The translations under genes and the position numbers were made by a program. The notes below the pieces were generated by a model. It did no database searches. It had not been told where the DNA came from and saw only the letters and a program-made list of their open reading frames with translations. This document shows positions 18,301 through 27,789 of a stretch of 64,000 nt of DNA, in pieces. Source of the stretch: Candidatus Versatilivorator sp. (GTDB taxonomy: Bacteria > Acidobacteriota > Terriglobia > Versatilivoradales > Versatilivoraceae); NCBI GenBank assembly GCA_965207735.1, contig OZ242296.1, positions 2,560,001-2,624,000 of the forward strand, written 5' to 3'. Numbering within the stretch: the stretch's first letter is position 1; the number at the start of each line of letters is the position of its first letter.

Positions 18301-20913
18301 ATGCGAGGCTGGCTTCCGGTGCGAACCGTTCAGTGTCTTGCAGTCCTGGCTATCCTGGGAATCCCCTCCCTGGCCTATGCCGCCGCCGATTCCACCGCTC
18401 AGGCGGCTCATGCCATCTTGCAGAAGCATTGCCTCTCCTGCCACGGAGCCGGCCAGATGTCGGGTCTGGACCTGAGGCAAAGAGAGACCCTGCTGAAAGG
18501 AGGCAGCCGCGGTCCGGCCGTCGTTGTCGGCGATGCCACCCAGAGCCTGCTCTTCCGTTCGGCCGCCCATCTCAGCGAACCCAAGATGCCGCCCGACAGC
18601 CGCCGGCCCTTGCCCCAGGGAGATCTGGCCATTCTGAAGGAATGGATTGAAGCGGGTGCCCCATTCCCCGAAGAGGGGGCTGCGACCGGGGAACCCTCCT
18701 GGTGGTCGTTGAAGAAGCCGCGGCGGCCCCCTCTCCCCGAACTGGCTGAGGCCCCGTCCAATCCCGTCGATGCCTTCATCCTGGCCAAGCTGCGGGAGAA
18801 GGGACTCGAACCGGCTCCGGCGGCCGACAAGGCCACCCTGCTTCGACGGGCCTACTTCGACCTGGTGGGTCTGCCGCCGACTCCGGCCCAGGCGGACCGA
18901 TTCCTGCGGAACACCTCCCCCGACGCGTTCGAAGAGTTGATCGACGAGCTGCTGGCTTCCTCCCACTATGGCGAACGCTGGGGGCGGCACTGGCTGGATG
19001 TGGTCCGCTACGCCGACAGCGCCGGGTTCGAAGGCGACGTCTTTTACCCGAACGCCTGGCGATACCGGGACTATGTGATCAAGTCCTTCAACGAGGACAA
19101 GCCCTACGACCGCTTCGTCCAGGAGCAGATCGCCGGGGACGAGCTTTTTCCGAACAACCTGGAGATGGAGGGTTTCTACGACATTTCCCCGGAAAAGCTG
19201 GAACACATGGAAGCCAGGATCGGAACCACGCTCTACACCTTCGGACCGGAAATCCAGGAATCTCACCTGGATGCCGAACGGCTGCGCTACGAACGGCTCA
19301 CCGACGCGGTCGACACCACCGCGGCGGCCTTCATGGGGCTGACCCTGGAGTGCTCGCGCTGCCACGACCACAAATTCGACCCCCTCACTCAGAAGGATTA
19401 CTTTCAGTTGCAGGCCGTCTTCGCCGCCAGTTCCCGCAAGACCATCCCCGTGGTCAGCAGCATGTCCACCGGTCATCGCCGCGACGACTACCACCGCATG
19501 ATTGCGCTGGCCGAAGCCAGAGCCTCCTACCAGAAGTTTGAAACGCAGGTCAAGGACCGGGTCATCGAAACCAAGAAGAAGGACTACCCGCCCGAGGTGG
19601 TGCGCGCCTACGAGGTGCCCATGGAGGAGCGTACCGCCCGGGAGCTGGAACTGGCCGCACCTCTGACCCAGTTCTACATGGAAATGAAGATCGAGGATCA
19701 TCTCGCCGATGAGGAGAAGAACCGCCACGGAAACTACATCCGGAAGCTGGCCAGGGCCGCGCTGGACGTCCCGCTTGCGGACGGTTCGCACCAGGTGAAA
19801 TATGACGGATTCTTCGACGTGCCCTCGGCCACGGTTCTGGGACACCTCAAGCCCGAGCTGGTTCCGGACACGTACCTGTTGAACCGCGGCGAGCTGTCGC
19901 TGAAGAGAGAGATCGTCCAGCCGGGGCTGCCGTCGGTTCTGCGCGGCGGCAGTGTTCCCGACAAGCTGTCCATGGGTCCTCACGGCCCGCGCTACCGCAA
20001 ACATTTCGCGCTCTGGCTGACCCGGCCCACCCATCCGCTCACGGCGCGAGTCATGGTCAACCGCATCTGGCAGGGCCATTTCGGACAAGGCCTCGTCCGC
20101 ACCTCGAACGACTTCGGACGCCAGGGCGACCGACCCTCCCACCCCGAATTGCTGGACTGGCTGGCCACGGAGTTCGTCGATCGGGGATGGAGCGTCAAGT
20201 CCATGCACCGGTTGATCATGCTCTCGGACGCCTACCGGCGGGACAGTCGTTACACCACCACGACCCACCGGCAGCAGGATCCCGAAAACCGTTTCCTGTG
20301 GCGCATGAACCGCCGCCGCCTGGAAGGGGAGGCGGTGTGGGATTCGCTGCATGCCGTCGCCGGCAATCTGAACCCGACCATGGGAGGACGGCCTGCCATT
20401 CCCCCGCTTTCCAAGGTCGAAATGAGTTCCCTGCGCATCAAGCCCTGGTGGGCCGTTTCGGAAGACCCTGCCGCCGGCAGGCGTCGCGGCGTCTACATCC
20501 TGGCCCGGCGCAACTTCACCTTCCCCATGTTCGACAAGTTCGACGTGCCCAACTCCTCGGTGAGTTGCGCCGGACGGGAAGTGACGACGGTCGCCCCCCA
20601 GGCGCTCTGGTCCCTGAACAACGACGCCTCCTTCAGGCAGGCCCAAGTGCTGGCTGACCGGCTGGTTGGCGAAGCCGGCGCCAGTCCCGCCGACCAGGTG
20701 GACCTGGCCTGGAGGCTGGTGCTGGCCCGGCCGCCGTCGGCTGAAGAAAGGCAGGAGGCGATCACGCTTTTGTCGCGACTGGCTTCAAGCAATGGAAGTC
20801 AGGCATCCCACCCCTCCGGCGAAGATACTGAAAAAACGACCGGGCACAGGGATGCCTTGACTCAGCTTTGCTTGACGATGTTCAACTTGAGCGAGTTCTT
20901 CTACATCGATTGA
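18301..20913 (+). CDS. Planctomycete cytochrome c + DUF1549 + DUF1553 domain protein
   Basis: CLSCH and CSRCHDHKFDP motifs; YGERWGRHWLDVVRYAD, ARVMVNRIWQGHFG and HPELLDWLA. Confidence 0.93.
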   Translation: MRGWLPVRTVQCLAVLAILGIPSLAYAAADSTAQAAHAILQKHCLSCHGAGQMSGLDLRQRETLLKGGSRGPAVVVGDATQSLLFRSAAHLSEPKMPPDSRRPLPQGDLAILKEWIEAGAPFPEEGAATGEPSWWSLKKPRRPPLPELAEAPSNPVDAFILAKLREKGLEPAPAADKATLLRRAYFDLVGLPPTPAQADRFLRNTSPDAFEELIDELLASSHYGERWGRHWLDVVRYADSAGFEGDVFYPNAWRYRDYVIKSFNEDKPYDRFVQEQIAGDELFPNNLEMEGFYDISPEKLEHMEARIGTTLYTFGPEIQESHLDAERLRYERLTDAVDTTAAAFMGLTLECSRCHDHKFDPLTQKDYFQLQAVFAASSRKTIPVVSSMSTGHRRDDYHRMIALAEARASYQKFETQVKDRVIETKKKDYPPEVVRAYEVPMEERTARELELAAPLTQFYMEMKIEDHLADEEKNRHGNYIRKLARAALDVPLADGSHQVKYDGFFDVPSATVLGHLKPELVPDTYLLNRGELSLKREIVQPGLPSVLRGGSVPDKLSMGPHGPRYRKHFALWLTRPTHPLTARVMVNRIWQGHFGQGLVRTSNDFGRQGDRPSHPELLDWLATEFVDRGWSVKSMHRLIMLSDAYRRDSRYTTTTHRQQDPENRFLWRMNRRRLEGEAVWDSLHAVAGNLNPTMGGRPAIPPLSKVEMSSLRIKPWWAVSEDPAAGRRRGVYILARRNFTFPMFDKFDVPNSSVSCAGREVTTVAPQALWSLNNDASFRQAQVLADRLVGEAGASPADQVDLAWRLVLARPPSAEERQEAITLLSRLASSNGSQASHPSGEDTEKTTGHRDALTQLCLTMFNLSEFFYID

Positions 20914-20967
20914 CACCGGGGCGGAATTGAAATGCGACCCGGATCTCCTTGGCTTGGGAGGAAAACC

Positions 20968-22422
20968 ATGAATCCCTATTCCTGCAACCGCCGCGCCACC
21001 GTCAGTTCGCGGCGTGAATTCCTGACCCGTTCCGGGCTGGGATTCGGAGGACTGGCCCTCAACTGCATGCTGCAGGCGGAATCGGCGAGTGCCGATGTCC
21101 CGGCCGCCGCGGCCTACAATCCCCTGGGCGTCAAGCCGCCTCACTTCGCGGCCAAGGCCAAGAGCGTCATCTTCATCTTTCTGCAAGGTGGTCCCAGCCA
21201 ACTTGAAACCTTCGATCCCAAACCCGAGTTGCAGAAATATGACGGTCAGTATCTTCCTCCCAGTTACTTGAAAAAGGGCATCGGCCTGGCGCAGATCAAG
21301 GCGGACGAATCCAAGCTGATGGGGACGCGGCGTATATTCAGGAAGCACGGCCAGTCCGGGCTGGAAATCTCCGACCTGTTTCCGAAACTCTCGCAATTCG
21401 CCGACGACCTTGCGGTCATCCGCTCCTGCTACCACGAATCCTTCATCCACGGTCCCGCCATCACCATCATCCATACGGGGTCCCTGCTGATGGGACAACC
21501 CAGCATGGGGGCCTGGATGCTGTACGGCCTGGGCAGCGAAACCGACAATCTGCCGGCCTACCTGGTGATGGCCGACGACTACATGCGCAACAGCAAGTCG
21601 GTGATCGGATCGGGCTTCCTGCCGGCCGTCTACCAGGGCACCGTGCTTTCCACCCAGGGAGCGGCCCTGGAGAATCTGCAGCCTCCCGGCCTGGTCACTC
21701 GGGAGAACCAACAGGCCATCCTGAGCCAACTGAAGCAATGGAACCAGCGGCACTTGGCCGACCGCCCGGACGACAGCAGCCTGGCGGCTCGGATCAAGAA
21801 CTACGAATTGGCATTCCGCATGCAGATGGCCGGTCCCGAATTGATCGACCTGAGCCGGGAACCCAAGCACATCAACAAGTTGTACGGCCTGGACACCAAG
21901 GAGACCGCCAACTTCGGAAGGATGTGCCTGCTGTCGCGCAGGATGGTCGAGCGCGGCGTTCGCTTTGTCCACCTCTACAACAGCGACTGGGACGGGCACG
22001 GAGAGTGCGACAAGAACCATCGTGAAAATGCCATCAAGACGGATGGCCCGGTGGCCGGTCTTCTGGCGGACCTGAAACAACGGGGCATGCTGGAGAGCAC
22101 CCTGGTGGTTCTCACCGGCGAGTTCGGCCGCACCCCCATCATGCAGGGAAAGGAGGGGCGGGACCACAGCCCCTACGGCTTCTCGGTGGTCATGGCCGGA
22201 GGAGGCATCAAGGGAGGCAAGGCCATCGGGGCCACCGATGAGCTGGGTTTCTACGCCGCCGAAGACAAGGTCCATGTCCACGACATGCATGCCACCATGC
22301 TCGAACTGCTGGGACTGGACCACCGCAAGCTGAACGTCAAGGTTTCCGGACTGGAAAAACGCCTGACCGGCGTCGGAGAGGACGGGAACCACAGCGTGGC
22401 CAAACGGCTGCTGGCCGGTTAG
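20968..22422 (+). CDS. DUF1501 family protein (Tat-exported, sulfatase-like)
   Basis: SRREFL Tat motif; GGPSQLETFDPKP, RRMVERGVRFV and GEFGRTP. Confidence 0.92.
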   Translation: MNPYSCNRRATVSSRREFLTRSGLGFGGLALNCMLQAESASADVPAAAAYNPLGVKPPHFAAKAKSVIFIFLQGGPSQLETFDPKPELQKYDGQYLPPSYLKKGIGLAQIKADESKLMGTRRIFRKHGQSGLEISDLFPKLSQFADDLAVIRSCYHESFIHGPAITIIHTGSLLMGQPSMGAWMLYGLGSETDNLPAYLVMADDYMRNSKSVIGSGFLPAVYQGTVLSTQGAALENLQPPGLVTRENQQAILSQLKQWNQRHLADRPDDSSLAARIKNYELAFRMQMAGPELIDLSREPKHINKLYGLDTKETANFGRMCLLSRRMVERGVRFVHLYNSDWDGHGECDKNHRENAIKTDGPVAGLLADLKQRGMLESTLVVLTGEFGRTPIMQGKEGRDHSPYGFSVVMAGGGIKGGKAIGATDELGFYAAEDKVHVHDMHATMLELLGLDHRKLNVKVSGLEKRLTGVGEDGNHSVAKRLLAG

Positions 22423-22487
22423 CCGGCTCGGAAGTGCAGACCGGCGCCGGCGCGGTGGATCCACCGGTTCAAACTAAAATTAACTCG

Positions 22488-22994
22488 ATGCGTTTCCCAG
22501 CTCTTTGTTCGCTCCTGCTTTTTCCCGCCGTGCTGCTCGCGGCCGACGAGGAGCCGCCATTCTACGAGGGGAGAATGCGGATTCCCGTGGCCCTCGCCAC
22601 GGCCGACGGCATCCGGCTGCCGGCCGGACGCTATCGCCTGGAAGTCAAGGGTGAGGCCCCGGCCCGCAGGCTGAAATTCTCCTTGAACGGGACGGTGAAG
22701 GCCGTGGTCCCGGAGTCGGGCGGACAGAATCCGGCCCTGGGCTCCGCCGAGGTTCCCCTGGTGGGGACGCACCTGCTCCGTTCTACGGCGGTCAAGCTGG
22801 CCCCTGCCAAGGAGCGTCAGTTCAGCCAGACGGGCATGGCCCGCTATCAGGAGGAGAAGCACCTCTGGGACGGAACCATGAGAGTCTACCTGTCCCCGAA
22901 GGACGGCGCCGTGTACTTCATTTTTCAGGAGCGGCGGAAAAAGCGGCACTGGAGCCGCTCCAACTTCAGGTTGCAGCGGAATCCCTCCCCCTGA
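22488..22994 (+). CDS. Hypothetical exported protein
   Basis: Signal peptide MRFPALCSLLLFPAVLLA; co-oriented within the DUF1553/DUF1501 cluster. Confidence 0.65.
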   Translation: MRFPALCSLLLFPAVLLAADEEPPFYEGRMRIPVALATADGIRLPAGRYRLEVKGEAPARRLKFSLNGTVKAVVPESGGQNPALGSAEVPLVGTHLLRSTAVKLAPAKERQFSQTGMARYQEEKHLWDGTMRVYLSPKDGAVYFIFQERRKKRHWSRSNFRLQRNPSP

Positions 22995-23029
22995 AACCCC
23001 CCTTTTTCGAGCCCAGGGAGTCACCCGGA

Positions 23030-25378
23030 ATGCGGCACGGCACCTACCGGCAGGCAGTTGCGGCTGCAGTGACCATCACTCTTGCCGCCCTGCTTTCGCA
23101 AACCTGGGCGGAACCCTCCGCCCCCTCTGTCGCCGCCCGGTCTGACGACCGCAAGCCTGCTTGGTGGTCCTTCCAAAAGCTCCGGCGGCCCCAGATCCCC
23201 CGGCCGGGGAACGGCAGCCAGCCTTCCAATCCCATCGACGCGTTCGTGTTGGCCAAGCTCCGGGAGAAGCGTCTCGAGCCAGGCCCCGCCGCCGCCAGGT
23301 CGGTCCTGTTGCGCCGGGCCACCTTCGATCTGTGGGGTCTGCCACCGACTCCCGCCCAAGCCGAGCGCTTTCTGCGGGATGACTCGCCCGAGGCCTACGA
23401 AAGACTCATCGAGGAGCTGCTCGAGTCGCCCCGTTACGGGGAACGCTGGGGGCAGCACTGGCTGAATGTGGTCGGGTACGCCGACAGCAGATCCGACTCA
23501 GAGGACTACCATCCCAACGCCTGGCGCTATCGGGACTACGCGATCAAATCCTTCAACGACGACAAGCCCTACGACCGCTTCGTCCAAGAGCAGATCGCCG
23601 GAGACGAGCTTTTCCCGAACAACCTCGAACTGGAAGGCTTCTACGACCTCTCTCCCGAGAAGCTGGAGCACCTGGAAGCCTGGATAGGAACCACCATCTT
23701 CGCCGTTGGGCCGGGAGGCCGAGAGGGGCATCTGGATGCGGAAGTCTCGCGGTACCGCTGGCTGACCGAGGTGGTGAACAAGACGGCGTCCTCATTCCTC
23801 GGGTTGACCCTGGAATGCGCCCGTTGCCACAACCACCGATCCGACCCTTTCTCCCAGGAAGACTACTTCGGGCTGCAAGCGATTTTTGCCGCCAGCCGGC
23901 CCTCAACCATTCCGGTTGTGGCCTCGACCACCCTGGGCCACCGCGACGAAGCCTATCATATGGCGATTGCTCTGGTGGAAGCCAGAGACGCTTACCTGCG
24001 GTTTGCAAGGCAGGTCAGGGATCGAGTCGTCGAACCCAAGAAACGGGACTATCCCTCGGAAGTGGTTCATGCCTACGAGATTCCCCTGGAAGCGCGATCC
24101 GCCCGAGAGACGGAATTGGCGGCTCCGTTGGACCAATTGCACCGCGAGCTGAATATTGAAGAGCACCTTACTCCTGAAGAGACCGAACGCCACCGGGAGC
24201 TGACCCGAAAACTGGCCAAGGCGGCCGTGGCCATTCCTGCCAAGGGATTGGCGCACAAGGTTGACTATGATGGGTTTTACGATGTGCCGTCAGCCACGGT
24301 GCTGGGTGGAGTGAGGACGGAGTTGATTCCTGAAACTCACCTTTTGAACCGCGGGGAGCCGGCACGCAAGAAACACCTCGTCCACCCCGGTCTTCCCCGG
24401 ACCCTCAGGCATGACGCCGGCCCGGCCGAGTTGTTCCGGGAAGCCAATGGCCACCACTACCGCAAGCAACTGGCCCTCTGGCTGACGCGGCCGACCCATC
24501 CTCTGACCGTCCGGGTCATGGTCAACCGCATCTGGCAGGGTCACTTCGGACAAGGCCTGGTGCGCACTGACGACGACTTCGGTCCCCAGGGCGACTCTCC
24601 CGTCCATCGGGAACTGCTGGATTGGCTCGCCTGCCGATTCGTGGATCAGGGTTGGAGCGCGAAGTCCATGCACAGGCTGATCATGCTGTCAAACACCTAT
24701 CGAAGGGACAGTCGCTTTTCCACGGCCGGCCATCGGCGGCAAGATCCCTCCAATCGCTACTGGTGGCGCATGAACCCACGGCGGCTGGAAGGCACAGCCG
24801 TTTGGGATGCCATCCACCAGGTGTCAGGCGCCCTGAATCTGAAGATGGCAGGTCGGCCGGCAATCCCGCCCCTGGCGGAAGTCGAAGGGACTACCCCTCG
24901 AATGACGTCCCGGTGGCCCGCCTCGGACGATCCGACGGCGGGCCGTCGGCGCGGGGTCTACCTTCTGACTCGACGAGCGCCTCCACGGTTCCACCATACG
25001 ACTGCCGCCCCGGCTTCCAACGGCTGCCCTGCCAAGGATGCCGGCAACGAAAGTCCTCTGACTGTCTGGAAACTGAACCGCAAGGGCCTTTACCAGCAGG
25101 CCCGCAATTTGGCTTCCCGTCTGGTGCGAGATGCGGGTAAGGACCCCTCCCGCCAGATCGACCTGGCCTGGCAACTGACCCTGGCGCGGGCCCCCAAGGA
25201 TGAAGAGAAACAGGAAGCGCTGAACCGGTTGAATCGACCGGCCTCGAACAATCAATCTCTGCCGGAAAACGGATCCCTCCCGGAGGGTCCGGGTTCGCTC
25301 GATCCGCCGCAAGCCGCGGCACTCACCCGCCTCTGTCTGAGTCTGTTCAATCTCGAAGAGTTTGTCCGTATCGACTAG
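23030..25378 (+). CDS. DUF1549/DUF1553 protein, paralogue of 18301..20913 lacking the cytochrome c domain
   Basis: YGERWGQHWL, CARCH and VMVNRIWQGHFG; long near-identical blocks with the upstream gene. Confidence 0.9.
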   Translation: MRHGTYRQAVAAAVTITLAALLSQTWAEPSAPSVAARSDDRKPAWWSFQKLRRPQIPRPGNGSQPSNPIDAFVLAKLREKRLEPGPAAARSVLLRRATFDLWGLPPTPAQAERFLRDDSPEAYERLIEELLESPRYGERWGQHWLNVVGYADSRSDSEDYHPNAWRYRDYAIKSFNDDKPYDRFVQEQIAGDELFPNNLELEGFYDLSPEKLEHLEAWIGTTIFAVGPGGREGHLDAEVSRYRWLTEVVNKTASSFLGLTLECARCHNHRSDPFSQEDYFGLQAIFAASRPSTIPVVASTTLGHRDEAYHMAIALVEARDAYLRFARQVRDRVVEPKKRDYPSEVVHAYEIPLEARSARETELAAPLDQLHRELNIEEHLTPEETERHRELTRKLAKAAVAIPAKGLAHKVDYDGFYDVPSATVLGGVRTELIPETHLLNRGEPARKKHLVHPGLPRTLRHDAGPAELFREANGHHYRKQLALWLTRPTHPLTVRVMVNRIWQGHFGQGLVRTDDDFGPQGDSPVHRELLDWLACRFVDQGWSAKSMHRLIMLSNTYRRDSRFSTAGHRRQDPSNRYWWRMNPRRLEGTAVWDAIHQVSGALNLKMAGRPAIPPLAEVEGTTPRMTSRWPASDDPTAGRRRGVYLLTRRAPPRFHHTTAAPASNGCPAKDAGNESPLTVWKLNRKGLYQQARNLASRLVRDAGKDPSRQIDLAWQLTLARAPKDEEKQEALNRLNRPASNNQSLPENGSLPEGPGSLDPPQAAALTRLCLSLFNLEEFVRID

Positions 25379-26490
25379 CCCGCATTTCTCACCAGGGGGC
25401 ATGAACATGGCGCAGGATTTTTCCCTTCAGCGCGTGCTCGCGACCGAAGAGCGTAGCGGTCACTACGCGCGAGGGAGCATGTGCGCGCTGAAGGGAAAAA
25501 GACAAGCCAGGGCATGCCCAGCGCAGTCTGTTACCCGCAAGCCCTTACCATGGAGCCAATCAAAGTACTGAAGATAAACTACTTGTCGTCATGGCACCAG
25601 CGACCTGGGTAGAGTCGAGGACTGGCGCGTTGACTATAGGGTCCGGTGGCTATTCCGTCGCTTTCGCTTCGGGCCTCAGTCCGGCTCCCTTATCACGTTT
25701 CCAGTCCCCGCTCTCCGAACCGGACGTGCGGTTTTCCCGCATCTCGGCTCTCCAGTGGGATCATGCGTCTCGCACACAGGTCCCCGCTCGCATCCGTGGA
25801 CGACTCCTATGGGATTGGCACCCGTCCCCCACTCCATCCACTTCCGCTCCCGGGTTGCCGCCAGGCCTGTTGATGCCCTGACGACGCCGTCCTCCTCCGA
25901 CGACCCTTTCACTTTTGCATGTGATGCTTCCGGAGTCTCCGGCCCTTTTTTGGTCGGGGTTTCAGGCTTTCGCCACTCCCGGGACCCTTCCCCCTTCGGT
26001 CACCGCTCCTCACCTGAGGCCCCTTCCCTCCACCGGTATTACCCGGCTTCTCCGGTACTACAGGCCTCTCCGCCACCCTGTCGGCCTAGACTGACTCTCG
26101 CGAGCTTCCGGTTCGGTGCGTGCCTCACCACCCACAGGGCTTCCCATGTTGCTGCCTTCTTCCCCTTCCATGCGTGCCAGCGCCACTACCCCGGCGGGTC
26201 CAAAGGGGTGCCCGCGTCGCTCGCTTCCCCCTCCGTCTTCGGCCTTCCCCATTTCTCAGGTGGGTCGGCCCCCGCATTGCCCGTTTCGAGGCCTGCTCGA
26301 CGTTCACTCGCGTTCCGGCCCGCATGCTCGCTGAACCGCCTTAAGCGGCCCTTTGACACCAGAGGGCTTCAGACCATATCGTTACCTCCATGATCCGCCC
26401 TGGCTGCTACCAACCGGAGCGACAGTTGTTGGACGGGTTTCGCACCCGTTGGAAGAAGGCGCCTTTCCATGGCGCACTGAGAAATGCGGG
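25379..26490. mobile_element. MITE (~243 bp without the intron) with 18-bp TIRs and CTAG target duplication, interrupted by a group II intron
   Basis: CTAG|CCCGCATTTCTCACCAGG at left; removing 25609-26477 restores CCTGGTGAGAAATGCGGG|CTAG at right; internal hairpin TTTTCCCTTCAGCGCG...CGCGCTGAAGGGAAAA. Confidence 0.8.
25609..26477 (-). ncRNA. ORF-less group II intron (IIB-like, 869 nt)
   Basis: 5' GTGCGC; domain V GAGAGCCGAGATGCGGGAAAACCGCACGTCCGGTTCGGAGAGCGGG; domain VI ending CCTCGACTCTAC; domain III-like GTAGTACCGGAGAAGCCGGGTAATACCGGTGGAGGGAAGGGGCC; no RT ORF. Confidence 0.92.
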
Positions 26491-26528
26491 CTAGCCCGCA
26501 TTTCTCACTGGGCTCGCGTAAGGGGGGG

Positions 26529-27578
26529 TTATCCTTCGAAGGTAATGACTGTCTTGAGGGCTTGGCTCTCACCCCTGGCCAGGGAGGTCATGGCCCGAGG
26601 CGTTTCATTCAGGCGACAGCGGCCCTCGATAAAGGTTGCCAACTCCGACTTGATGTCGGGCAGAATGGCGACGGCCTTCGCAAAGTCGCTCCGATCGAAA
26701 CCGTAGGTCCCCACCAGGCATACCTCGTTGCTGACCGCATCCTGCAACGGCAATGAGACTTCCTTGGCAAGATTCCCGATCAGCAGCAGAGTTCCTCCGG
26801 CTTCCAGCAGAGACAGGCACAGGGAGAACGACTCCCGCGTCCCGACGGCATCGATCACAACCTCCGACCGTCCCGCCAGGAGGGATTCGACTTTCCCCGC
26901 TTCCCTGGCCGGGTCTCCGGAGGAATCCACCGGAACGGCCCGAGCCCCGAACTCGGCGGCGCGATCGGCCTTCTCGGCCACCGTGTCCAGCACCACCGTC
27001 CGGGAAAGTTCCCTGGCACGCGCCATCAGGACCGCCGCCAGCCCGATGGTCCCGGCGCCGACGATGGCCAGCCGGGCCGGACGCACCCCAAGCCTCTCCA
27101 AACGCCGCCACCCACGGGTCACTACGGCCAGGGGCTCGGCCAGGAGTCCGATTTCGGGCGGAATCCCCGAAGGAAGCAGAATGGCGTTCTCTGCCGGAAC
27201 AGCCAGGAACTCGGCCATGGCTCCGCGCTTGGCCAGGTTGACGCCGATCATCTTCTTGTTGAGGAAGGAGGGGTCTCCCTCGTCGGGGTCCGGGGGCGCA
27301 TGGGCGATGATATTGTAGATGGTCACAGGATCGCCTATTGCCGGAGAGCGGACGCCCTCTCCCTGGGCAACCACCTCGCCGGCGGCCTCGTGTCCCATGA
27401 CCATGCCGGGCGCCCGCCGGCCGCTCTCCCCGGTGAACCCATGGACGTCGCTGCCGCAGATACCGACAGCCTTCATCTTGACCAGGACCTCTCCTGGCGC
27501 CGGTTCCGGCTTGGGCAGTCTCTCCAGCTTCATGTCCCAGGGAGCATGAAACACCACGGCTTGCATGAATTCCGGCAT
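26529..27578 (-). CDS. Zn-dependent MDR-family dehydrogenase (polyol/sugar-acid type)
   Basis: GICGSD, GHE and GAGTIG motifs. Confidence 0.9.
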   Translation of the reverse strand: MPEFMQAVVFHAPWDMKLERLPKPEPAPGEVLVKMKAVGICGSDVHGFTGESGRRAPGMVMGHEAAGEVVAQGEGVRSPAIGDPVTIYNIIAHAPPDPDEGDPSFLNKKMIGVNLAKRGAMAEFLAVPAENAILLPSGIPPEIGLLAEPLAVVTRGWRRLERLGVRPARLAIVGAGTIGLAAVLMARARELSRTVVLDTVAEKADRAAEFGARAVPVDSSGDPAREAGKVESLLAGRSEVVIDAVGTRESFSLCLSLLEAGGTLLLIGNLAKEVSLPLQDAVSNEVCLVGTYGFDRSDFAKAVAILPDIKSELATFIEGRCRLNETPRAMTSLARGESQALKTVITFEG

Positions 27579-27789
27579 CGGTGTCTCCAGAGGCGGTTGA
27601 AACCCACAACGCTTTGGGACCCATAGTGTAACCCATTACGACTTGACTCGCTCCCGGGATCACAGTAGCCTGAACCAAATCAGGTGACGGCGTTGCCGGC
27701 ACCCCCTTTCGAATACCGAACGGAATGGCGATCAACCCGACAGGGGAGATCGACCCTCGCAAAACCAAAGCTTCTCAGGTGATCAAGGA

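Noticed and set aside
18235-22464. Long antisense ORFs (18235..20646, 20785..22464; likewise 29973..31616 and 60016..61620)
   Set aside because: Shadow frames opposite well-supported genes in high-GC DNA, with no recognisable motifs
26271-26277. AUGCGGG in intron domain I as EBS2 pairing with CCCGCAU of the TIR
   Set aside because: Complementarity is perfect, but GCGGG can equally pair with a downstream CCCGC as a normal domain I stem; not claimed without a structure model
25591-26393. Short ORFs overlapping the intron (e.g. 25755..26393)
   Set aside because: No RT (YADD) or maturase motifs; these are antisense or incidental frames of structured RNA
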